Assembly (NCBI GenBank): GCA_033762915.1
Contig: JANRLD010000044.1
Coordinates: 1 to 43,462 of the forward strand
Origin: Meiothermus sp.
Lineage (GTDB): Bacteria > Deinococcota > Deinococci > Deinococcales > Thermaceae
Length of the DNA stretch: 43,462 bases
Direction of reading: 5' to 3'
A program made the translations under genes and the position numbers. The notes under the pieces are model-generated. The model had not been told where the DNA came from, did no database searches, and saw only the letters and a program-made list of their open reading frames with translations. This document shows, piece after piece, positions 29,420 to 37,355 of this stretch (position 1 is the first letter of the stretch; each line of letters begins with the position of its first letter).

Positions 29420-29683
29420 CCGTGCGACGGACAGGGCTTTGGCAGAGGGCCAGTGCGCTACTTGCAGTTGCGCCCGCGAAAGATGGGCTAACCGTCGCCT
29501 TGTACGCCGGCTGCGGGCGCAACTCCAGACGGAACCGCGGCCGGGTGGTCAGACAACACACGCAGAAGGTGCTTAAGTGCCCAAGGTGCGGCTTTCGTGC
29601 GAGCTGCGTCTGGTGCGTCGACGACTTGCCCCTAAGCGGGGACTGTCCAAAAACCATCCCCTTACACAGCACTAGTCGCCATA

Positions 29684-29708
29684 GATAAACTGCGAGATGG
29701 CGCCCCGA
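29684..29708 (+). repeat. 25-bp dispersed repeat, family 2, copy 3
   Basis: GATAAACTGCGAGATGGCGCCCCGA; weaker similarity to copy 1 continues to ~29765. Confidence 0.55.
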
Positions 29709-29770
29709 AACGCCCCGCCAGGGGCGTCACTATTGCCCCTCTGACCTCGCGGATTCACCCCGGCACAACT

Positions 29771-29836
29771 TACAGCGGTTCCCACGAATACCACGCACGC
29801 AGAGACTCGGATGTGCGGGGGTGGGAACCGCTGTTA
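29771..29836. mobile_element. Short MITE/REP-like element (family 1) with perfect 14-bp terminal inverted repeats
   Basis: ACAGCGGTTCCCAC (29772-29785) and GTGGGAACCGCTGT (29821-29834); right end abuts the TPR gene stop. Confidence 0.7.
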
Positions 29837-30391
29837 GTTGCCAGCAGCCAGGGACTGTAGCCCGCGGGCCCCATCGCTTCTGGGGGCGATTCGATCTGAG
29901 ACTTGATAGGCGGATCGGGCCTCCTCGAGACGGCCCAGACGTTGCAGAGCCAGGCCCTCAAAGTAGTACAGGCCCGCATTGTTGGGGTCGCGGCGGTAGG
30001 CCCGTCGGAGCAGGGCCAGCGCAGCCTCGGGCTGATCGAAGCGGAGATGGGCCTCAACCAGGTGGCCCATGCGGCGGGCGTTAAGGGGATCGAGCGCGAT
30101 AGCCCGGCGGTACGCCGCCACCGAGTCGGCTCGCAGGGCCTCACGCCGGGCAGGCCGGAAACTGCTCATCAACATGTTCACCCGGCCCTTGGCCTCCCAA
30201 AGGTCGGGGTTCTGCGGCTGTAGCTTCAGGGCCGCCTCGAGCAGGGACAGGGCCTCGTCGTAGCGTCCCTCGTCCAGCAAGGGCTGCTGCGCGGTAATGG
30301 TCTGGGTGGCCCTCAGGCTTTGGTAGGCGTGGGCCAGACCAAAGACACTCAGAGCCCCCAGACCTATGGAGACGATCAGACGGATCAGCAC
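29834..30391 (-). CDS. Membrane-anchored tetratricopeptide-repeat protein
   Basis: N-terminal hydrophobic helix; TPR units (YDEALSLLEAALKLQPQNP, AYRRAIALDPLN, LGRLEEARSAY). Confidence 0.8.
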   Translation of the reverse strand: MLIRLIVSIGLGALSVFGLAHAYQSLRATQTITAQQPLLDEGRYDEALSLLEAALKLQPQNPDLWEAKGRVNMLMSSFRPARREALRADSVAAYRRAIALDPLNARRMGHLVEAHLRFDQPEAALALLRRAYRRDPNNAGLYYFEGLALQRLGRLEEARSAYQVSDRIAPRSDGARGLQSLAAGN

Positions 30392-30399
30392 GACCAGGA

Positions 30400-30828
30400 T
30401 CAGTTCTTACGGGTGACTGGGTTGGTAGCCTGCTGAAAGCCGTTGGAGACCGACGGGGAGTTCAGCACGTTTCTCACGGTGTCGGTGGATACGGAGGTGA
30501 TCACGATATTCTGCTGCGCCAGGGCTTGCTGGGCGGCGGTCACCGAGGGGGGGGTGGGGGCGGTGCCGTTGGCGATGTCGGCCACCAGGAGGGTGAAGGT
30601 GTCGATGGGCATGGGGGCGTTGAAGTTGCCGCTGACCTGAGCCACGATGGTATTGGCCAGTTGCTGACCGATCAGCCCCTGCTGCACCAGGCAGTTCAGG
30701 ATCTGCTGGGTGGAGCCCGTGCATCCGGCGGCGGAGCCGAGGCGGGTGACCACCTGGGCACCGGTCAGGGTCTGGGCGAACCCCATGGCGGCGAAGGCCA
30801 TTACTACGACGGCGAGCAGTTTCTTCAT
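30400..30828 (-). CDS. Secreted hypothetical protein (142 aa; T/Q/N/A-rich, two Cys)
   Basis: AAGGAGA RBS; signal peptide MKKLLAVVVMAFAAMGFAQ. Confidence 0.8.
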   Translation of the reverse strand: MKKLLAVVVMAFAAMGFAQTLTGAQVVTRLGSAAGCTGSTQQILNCLVQQGLIGQQLANTIVAQVSGNFNAPMPIDTFTLLVADIANGTAPTPPSVTAAQQALAQQNIVITSVSTDTVRNVLNSPSVSNGFQQATNPVTRKN

Positions 30829-30932
30829 GGGTATTTCTCCTTGTCCTGCTTTATTTCTACGCGGGATTCTGCTTCCCGTTACGTAGCCAGTGGGGGGTGT
30901 TGCGGTGGGGTAGGGTCGGCTCGAGCTGGGCA

Positions 30933-32483
30933 CTAAGCCCGGCGGGCCGTCTCGCCCTTCTCTCGCTCCTTCTCGGCGGGGGACTTGTTGTAGCCGTAGC
31001 CGTACCCGTAGCCGTAGCGGCGGTACTTGGAGAACATGGTGGTATAGGTCTCGCCGTGGGTGATGTTGGTGACGGCGAGACCGACGACCCGCGCGCCGAC
31101 GCGGCGCAGCATATCCAGCGCGGCCAGCAAGCGGCGGCTGGTGGTGCGGCCCTCGTGGCAGGCCACCACCACGCCGGAGACGTGGGGGGCCATGATCAGG
31201 GTGTCGGCGACGGGCAGCAGGGGCGGGGAGTCCACGATGATGACCTGGTAGCCGCTGGTCTCGCTAACCTGCTTGATGAACTGGCGGAAGGTGGTGGTGA
31301 GCAGCTCGGCGGGGTCGTCGGGGTGGGAAAAGCAGGGCACCAGGTCCAGGTTCTTCTCCACCGTGACGGGGGCCATGTGCATGAAGGGGTCGCGCAGGGT
31401 GTCCACGATGTCCGGCCCCCGCTCTACCTTCCACTCGGTGTGGAGCACCGGGCGGCGGGTGTCGAAGTCGAGCAGGACGGTGCGCTTGCCAGCCCTCGCG
31501 TAGGCCTTGGCCAGGCTGACCGAGACCGAGCTCTTGCCCTCGGAGGCCTCCGAGCTGGTGACCAGGATGACCTTCTTCTCCTCGTCCATCAGGCCATGGT
31601 TAACGTTGGTGCGCAGGTAGCTGACCGCCTCGCGGGGCAGCTCGCGGGTGTGGGAAGGGGGCAACTTGGGAAACTCACCGAGGATGGGAAGGCCGGTAAT
31701 GAGATGGGCCTCTTGGGAGTCCTTGACGCGGGTATCGAGGGAGCCGCGCAGCACCGCCAGCCCCAGCAGGCCGAACAGGGCCAGCAGGAAGGCCAGAGCG
31801 GCGTTACGGGCGGGTCGGGGGGCGACCGGGGTGAGAGGCGGCCTGGCCTGCTCGAGGCCGGAGAGAAGTCCGGTGGCGCTCTGCTCGAGGGCCCTGGCCA
31901 CATCGAGGTCGCGGCGCAGGTTCTCCTCCACCACGGTGGGCTGCTGGCCGGGGCGGCGCTCGCGGATCACGGTCTCGAGCTGGGCCTGGAGCGAGGTGCG
32001 CATGCGGGTGAAGTTGCCGCGCACCCGGTCGTTCTCCCAGTTGCGCAGCGACTCGGCCCAGAGGTTGGCCAGCCGGGCGGCCTCCTGGGGGTCGCGGCTG
32101 GTCACGCTGAGGGCGATCACGGTGGACTGGCGGCCGTCCACGGTGCGGGCGCGGACGCTGGTGCGGATCTTGCGCAGTGCGGCCTCGTCAACCAGGCCTT
32201 GCACCTGGGGCACCAGGCTCTGGAGCACATCATTGCCCAGCGCGGCCTCGCGGTAGGTCGACCCGTCGAGGGCGTTGGCGGTGGGGAGCGCGCCACTGAA
32301 GGTATTGGGGTTGACCAGGCTGGGCTGGGCCGCCACCAAGCGGGCGGTGGCTTGGTAGGTGGGGGGCTGCTGGCGTGAGACGAAGAAGGTCCCTACCGCC
32401 ACCACGGCTGCGACCAGCACGATCCACCAAGCTTGCCGCCTGAGTCCTAAGAGAAGACGCTCGAGTTGTCGTTGGTTATCCAT
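30933..32483 (-). CDS. wzc: Polysaccharide co-polymerase/BY-kinase (Wzc/CapB-like)
   Basis: Wzz-type N-terminus, PVAPRP proline motif and TM2, Walker A EGKS, LLDFD, IVDSPP, C-terminal Tyr cluster YRRYGYGYGYGY. Confidence 0.88.
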   Translation of the reverse strand: MDNQRQLERLLLGLRRQAWWIVLVAAVVAVGTFFVSRQQPPTYQATARLVAAQPSLVNPNTFSGALPTANALDGSTYREAALGNDVLQSLVPQVQGLVDEAALRKIRTSVRARTVDGRQSTVIALSVTSRDPQEAARLANLWAESLRNWENDRVRGNFTRMRTSLQAQLETVIRERRPGQQPTVVEENLRRDLDVARALEQSATGLLSGLEQARPPLTPVAPRPARNAALAFLLALFGLLGLAVLRGSLDTRVKDSQEAHLITGLPILGEFPKLPPSHTRELPREAVSYLRTNVNHGLMDEEKKVILVTSSEASEGKSSVSVSLAKAYARAGKRTVLLDFDTRRPVLHTEWKVERGPDIVDTLRDPFMHMAPVTVEKNLDLVPCFSHPDDPAELLTTTFRQFIKQVSETSGYQVIIVDSPPLLPVADTLIMAPHVSGVVVACHEGRTTSRRLLAALDMLRRVGARVVGLAVTNITHGETYTTMFSKYRRYGYGYGYGYNKSPAEKEREKGETARRA

Positions 32484-32902
32484 CCAGCAAGCCCCTTTCC
32501 GCTTGAGATATATCCGTAGCAATGCCTACCCGTGACTTCGGGTGGGGGAGGTCGAGATGCGCGACGAGGCATGAAGACATGGCTACACCACCAGCAATGT
32601 ATCAACTACCCAGTTCGCCGTTGGGTTATTTGCGAAACGATGACCGGAGGTAGGTAACGCCTGGGTCATCCGGCTCGTAATGGCAAAAAACGCGGCTGGG
32701 CTGCAGTTTTTTGTAGGTAGGTTGGCCCGTGAGCTGTGACCGGGGAACCGAACTGGCGCGAATTGGGGCGACCAAAAGCGGCTCATGAGCGTTAACTAAA
32801 CGTCTTGTAAGCCACCCGGACAGCACTCGGCTTGGGTTGTTTTTGGCCTCGAGCGGCCCGGTTTGGACTTATCCTCCAGGGGGCGTTCGGCCTTAACCCA
32901 AT

Positions 32903-34312
32903 ATGAACAACTCCTTCGCAAGCAAAGCAGCAGCATGGCTCGAGAGCCTAGCTTTAATCGTCCTGCTGGCAGGCATGGTGTCTACCCCACTCATCAGTGG
33001 GGGCACCACCGCCGAGGGAATCTTCGCCGCCAGAGCGGGGGTACTACTGGCGCTGCTGGTAAGTCTTGCCGCCTTTGCGATCAGGGGCGGTTGGCGCTGG
33101 CCGCCGCTGCTTCTGGGCGTCCCCCTGGCGGTCTACCTGGGAGCGGCAGGCGCCAGCACCCTGCAGACGGGTCTGTTCATGGCCACTGAGGAGCTTTACA
33201 ACATCGTCACCTACGCCGCCGGGTTCGTGCTGATGGTTCACCTTGTGAGCACGGCAAGGCGGGTGCAGTGGGTGCTGGCGGCGGTAGGACTGCTGGCTCT
33301 GGCGCTGGGAGTCTATGGAGTGATGCAGGTATTTGGGATCGAGTTCACCAATCGGGTACTCCCCGGCGATCCACGCAAGATCTCGAGCTTCTACTTTAAC
33401 CAAGCCCACTACGGCGGGATGCTGGCCCTGCTGCTGCCGCTAGGTTGGGCTATGTTCCTCTACTCGACCCGCTGGTTTCCCCGTCTATTTTGGCTGCTGG
33501 TGACGGGCTTGCTGAGTGTCAACCTGCTGTTCACCTCCTCCTGGGACTCCATGATCGCCGCTGGAGGAGGGCTGGTGCTGGTGAGCCTGATCTGGGCCGG
33601 ACACCGGCGCAACTACCTGCGCTTGGCCGGAATCGCGGTGCTGACGGCAGCGCTCTTGGGCGGCGGGTTCTGGGCCTTTACCCAGCGGCCCCAGGCAGTC
33701 GAGCGGATGATCGGTATCAAGCCTCAGGTGCTGGTGACCTACCTTGAGCGGGTGATCCGCGAGCGAATGCAGATTAACCGAACCACCCTCGAGTCGTTCC
33801 GAGAGTCACCCTGGCTAGGTGTGGGGCCAGCCCAGCTCATCAACCACAACACCGTCTACCGCTCTGAGACTGTCGCTGAGGCCAGGGTGACCCACCGCTT
33901 CGTCAACTACGCCCACAACGACCTCCTCCAGGTGCTCTCGGAGACCGGAGTGTTGGGGCTGCTGGGATGGGCCAGTTTCGTGCTGATGGGCCTACTTTAC
34001 CGTAGCCGGCTCTCCCCCATGGTCGCGGTGGGGGTCTTCGGTGGAGTGGCGGCGCTGCTGCTGCACAGCTTCACCGACAGCAACATGACCGTCATCGCGG
34101 GCAACGCCTTGCTGGCCTGGGGCCTGTTGGGTCTAAGGGTCTGTAACCCCGCGACCGAAGGCGCGCCTTATCCGATAAAAGCGCAGGAACCGACCAAGGT
34201 GGAGGCCCAACCCCAGACCCCCGTCCTGGCCTACGCCACGCCCACGGCCGGATCGAGCCCGAAACTCAAGCCGGCCGACCCGATGGACGACTTCGAGGAA
34301 CAGATTTACTGA
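32903..34312 (+). CDS. O-antigen ligase/Wzy_C family protein (ligase, polymerase or O-oligosaccharyltransferase)
   Basis: Many TM helices; PWLGVG and YAHNDLLQVLSETGVLG signature. Confidence 0.85.
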   Translation: MNNSFASKAAAWLESLALIVLLAGMVSTPLISGGTTAEGIFAARAGVLLALLVSLAAFAIRGGWRWPPLLLGVPLAVYLGAAGASTLQTGLFMATEELYNIVTYAAGFVLMVHLVSTARRVQWVLAAVGLLALALGVYGVMQVFGIEFTNRVLPGDPRKISSFYFNQAHYGGMLALLLPLGWAMFLYSTRWFPRLFWLLVTGLLSVNLLFTSSWDSMIAAGGGLVLVSLIWAGHRRNYLRLAGIAVLTAALLGGGFWAFTQRPQAVERMIGIKPQVLVTYLERVIRERMQINRTTLESFRESPWLGVGPAQLINHNTVYRSETVAEARVTHRFVNYAHNDLLQVLSETGVLGLLGWASFVLMGLLYRSRLSPMVAVGVFGGVAALLLHSFTDSNMTVIAGNALLAWGLLGLRVCNPATEGAPYPIKAQEPTKVEAQPQTPVLAYATPTAGSSPKLKPADPMDDFEEQIY

Positions 34313-34322
34313 CCGCTTTCAC

Positions 34323-34862
34323 CTACTTCTTTCCCCAGCCCTCCACCACGATCCGCCCATCCTTCACCCTGGCCCGCTCGGGAGTGTTGGACTCGCTGCC
34401 CTCGGGGGCCTGGGCCACATAGTTGGCAATGCGGAGCTGCTTGGGGTTCAGGCTGACGGCCCAGATGGCAGCCTCCTCCTGCCCGGCGGCCCCGGCGTGG
34501 GCCAGGCCCCGCAGCTTCCCTACCACAATGATGTCCCCGGCGGCCACCACCTCGGCCCCGGAGTTCACGTCCCCCAGCACCACCACCGTCCCCGGCGACT
34601 CGATCCGGCTGCCCGCCCGCAGGGTTTGGTTCACCACGTCGGTGTAGGGAATCACCTTCTCGCCGCGTGGTGCGCGCAGCTGGAGACCCCTCGAGCGCCC
34701 CAGTTCCACCAGCACCTCGAGCACCGGCAACCCCACCTGCCCAGCCACCTCCACCTCGAGGGGCATCTCGGGCAGGTCGGTCAGGGCCTTGCTCAGCATC
34801 TCCGGGGTCTCGTTTCCGTCCAGCCGCACCGCCAGGGCGTTCAGGGTCGCTCGAATGCGCAT
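34323..34862 (-). CDS. minC: Septum site-determining protein MinC
   Basis: TLRAG, VVVLGDVNSGAEVVAAGDIIVVGKLRGLAHAG, QLRIA. Confidence 0.9.
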   Translation of the reverse strand: MRIRATLNALAVRLDGNETPEMLSKALTDLPEMPLEVEVAGQVGLPVLEVLVELGRSRGLQLRAPRGEKVIPYTDVVNQTLRAGSRIESPGTVVVLGDVNSGAEVVAAGDIIVVGKLRGLAHAGAAGQEEAAIWAVSLNPKQLRIANYVAQAPEGSESNTPERARVKDGRIVVEGWGKK

Positions 34863-35107
34863 CGAGGGAGTTATACCACAAGGGTGGGGTGGGACGGCGA
34901 AGGGCAGCGCAGAACAGTCCTGGGCAGGTAGAAACAGCCAGGAGCATACCGGCGGCAGAACGACCGGCATCGAACCGGAACCGATTGGGCTTGCCGTTTC
35001 CCCGTGTCTTTTGCCTGCTCCACGCGGCTTCTCGCCGTCCCTTGCCGACCCACCATGCCTTCTCCCCCATTTGACCCGTGTCGAGGGCGTGGCTACATTA
35101 CATTAAG

Positions 35108-35132
35108 AAAAACACCCCCAACTGGGGGGTGT
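35108..35132 (-). terminator. Terminator-like hairpin between minC and the pilin operon
   Basis: ACACCCCC...GGGGGTGT stem followed on minus strand by TTTT. Confidence 0.35.
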
Positions 35133-35256
35133 ACGAAACGAGGTAAAGAAACTAGGCTGTTAGACGGCAGAAATTGCGTTACGGCGGCTTTTCGGCGATG
35201 GGCGTTGAATGTGCAAAAATCACAGATTCGTCGGTAACGGCGGGGTGGAGGCAGTG

Positions 35257-35751
35257 TTGAGGCGATTCGGGGTGGGTTGGCGCGGCGGGATGACCATGCT
35301 CGAGCTGCTGGTGGTGCTGGGGATGCTCGGGATCATCTTCGGCATCGCCTTCGTCAACCTGCGCCCGCTCTCCAACCCCCTGCAAAACGGCGTCGCCCAG
35401 ACCAGCGCCTTCCTGCGCCAGGTGCGAACCAAGGCCATGTCCACCACCTCGGCCTACCGGGTCTACCTGCTCAACAACACCACCCTGGTGGCCGAGTATG
35501 CCTACAACTGCGCGGGCGCGGGGGCGGCAGTCAACCCCGACCCTGGGCCGTCAGGCGGGGCCTGGCGCTACGACCGCGGCCTCCGGATCGAGCTGCAAGA
35601 CCAGGTGCAGTTCGTCGGCTCGAGCCAGGCCCTGCTGTGCTTCAGCAGTCGGGGCCAGTCCGACACTGCCCTCGAGCTGTCCCTGCGCAACCCGCAGAGC
35701 CAGACCCGCACGGTGCGGGTGCTGCTGGCGGGGGGGATCGAGGTGCAGTAA
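35257..35751 (+). CDS. Type IV minor pilin (FimT/FimU-like)
   Basis: Class III signal G/MTMLELLVV with E5; GGAGG RBS 5 nt before TTG 35257. Confidence 0.85.
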   Translation: MRRFGVGWRGGMTMLELLVVLGMLGIIFGIAFVNLRPLSNPLQNGVAQTSAFLRQVRTKAMSTTSAYRVYLLNNTTLVAEYAYNCAGAGAAVNPDPGPSGGAWRYDRGLRIELQDQVQFVGSSQALLCFSSRGQSDTALELSLRNPQSQTRTVRVLLAGGIEVQ

Positions 35752-35802
35752 CGATAGTCGGGCGTCGAGCGTTTAGACAGGGCGAAGACGGAAGGTGACA
35801 CG

Positions 35803-36417
35803 GTGAACAGGGAACGTCAAAGGCAGACCCCCCCAGCGCTACGGGTATTTCGGCATTTCAGCGGCCGTCCTGGCGCCCTTCACGCCCCCCTGCACGAAGG
35901 GGGGCGCCGCGACCAGGGTGATTCGCACAAAACTGCGGGACACTCGGCAGGGTCGGGGGGTCTGCGTCTGTTGCCCGCCCGCCGCCCGCCGCCCGCTTCC
36001 CCATCGCCGGGGGCTCGTCGCTACAGCCCCACAGGCTTCAGTATCACCGAGGTGCTGGTCACGATGGCGATCCTTGCCGTCGTGCTGACTGGCGTGGTGG
36101 GGGCCTTTATCTCCAACCTCCAGACCAACAGCCGCACCGAGCTGCGCGGGGTGGCGGTGGCGGTGGCGCAGGAGAAGCTCGAGGCGCTGCGCCGCCAGGA
36201 CCCCCGCACCCTGACGGCGGGCAGCAGCAGCGAGAACATCGCCGCCGCCGACGGGCGCAGCTTCCAGGTGCGGACCAGCATCTGCCCCGACAGCAGCCGT
36301 TGCCCCGGCTCGGCCCGACAGATCGTGGTGCAGGTGAGCCACCAAAACCGCCTGCTCTACACCGTCGAGACGGTCTTCACGGTCTTGCAGGAGACTCAGG
36401 GGGCGGGCACCCCATGA
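35803..36417 (+). CDS. Type IV minor pilin (PilV-like); start uncertain (GTG 35803 or TTG 35971)
   Basis: G/FSITEVLV at 36037, VAQEKLEALR. Confidence 0.8.
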   Translation: MNRERQRQTPPALRVFRHFSGRPGALHAPLHEGGRRDQGDSHKTAGHSAGSGGLRLLPARRPPPASPSPGARRYSPTGFSITEVLVTMAILAVVLTGVVGAFISNLQTNSRTELRGVAVAVAQEKLEALRRQDPRTLTAGSSSENIAAADGRSFQVRTSICPDSSRCPGSARQIVVQVSHQNRLLYTVETVFTVLQETQGAGTP

Positions 36418-37346
36418 AGCTCGAGGTCTCCAGCCCCGTGAGGCGCGGCGGGTTTACGGTCATCGAGTTGTTGATCGCCACCGCCGTGGGGGTGATCATC
36501 CTGGGGGCCTCGATCTCGCTGATCATCTCCAACCGGCGGGTCTACGAGCTAGACCGCCTGCGCACCGAGCTTAACCAGAACCTGCGCGGGGCCTTGGACC
36601 TGCTCGGCACCGACATTCGTCTAGCCGGTCAGGGCCTGCCCGCCGACTTTCCCGCCCTGTCCATCGGCGGCGGGGGCACCGTACTGACGGTGCGCACCTC
36701 GAGAATCTCCACCGTACTCTCGGTCTGCCAGACGGTGGCGGCCAACGCCTCCTCAATCCTGGTAGCCGAGGACGGAAACAGCACGCCGGGCTGCGCCAGG
36801 GTGCCCATCAGCCTCACCGACACCCGCCACAGTCCCATGGCCCAGTTCGAGGCCGAGCGCACCAGGGGCGGGGCCACCACCGAGGTTGCCTACATCTACG
36901 ACCCCGCCACCCTCTGCAACGACACCACCCGCGTCCGGGGCGAGTTCTTCACCTACAGCGGGGCCTCCAACCCCGCCAGCGGGCCGGTCATCCTGCAAAA
37001 GACCGGCAGCGACCTCTCGCGCCCCTACCCCGTCGGCAGCCGCATCTACCTCCTCGAGCAGCGGGTCTACAGCCTCGAGCAGGACGGCAACGAGCTACAG
37101 CTTTCGGTAAACGGCGGGGCCGCCCAGGGAGTTGCCACCCACATCAGCGGGGTGAGCTTCCAGGCCTTTGTGTCGGGCTCCACCACCCCGGTCACCAGCT
37201 TTTGCAACGCGCTCGGCCAGACCCTGCTGTGGAAGACCCTGGGCCGGGTCTCGGTTCGGATCAACGGGGCGATCCCCGCCAGGGGCACCAGCCTCCGGCG
37301 CTCGCTCGAGGCCGACTTTTTGCCGCGCAACGTGCTATCGAGATAG
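36414..37346 (+). CDS. Type IV minor pilin (PilW-like)
   Basis: G/FTVIELLIA, NLRGALDLLGTDIRLAG, C-terminal PRN; ATGA overlap with upstream stop. Confidence 0.87.
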   Translation: MKLEVSSPVRRGGFTVIELLIATAVGVIILGASISLIISNRRVYELDRLRTELNQNLRGALDLLGTDIRLAGQGLPADFPALSIGGGGTVLTVRTSRISTVLSVCQTVAANASSILVAEDGNSTPGCARVPISLTDTRHSPMAQFEAERTRGGATTEVAYIYDPATLCNDTTRVRGEFFTYSGASNPASGPVILQKTGSDLSRPYPVGSRIYLLEQRVYSLEQDGNELQLSVNGGAAQGVATHISGVSFQAFVSGSTTPVTSFCNALGQTLLWKTLGRVSVRINGAIPARGTSLRRSLEADFLPRNVLSR

Positions 37347-37355
37347 GGAGAAATT

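Noticed and set aside
29365..29688. TnpB zinc-ribbon remnant suggested by KCPRCGF
   Set aside because: Only one CxxCG; no downstream DxNAAxNI RuvC motif; likely chance
30991..31020. Short tandem repeat of GTAGCC units
   Set aside because: Encodes the normal Wzc Tyr-Gly autophosphorylation cluster
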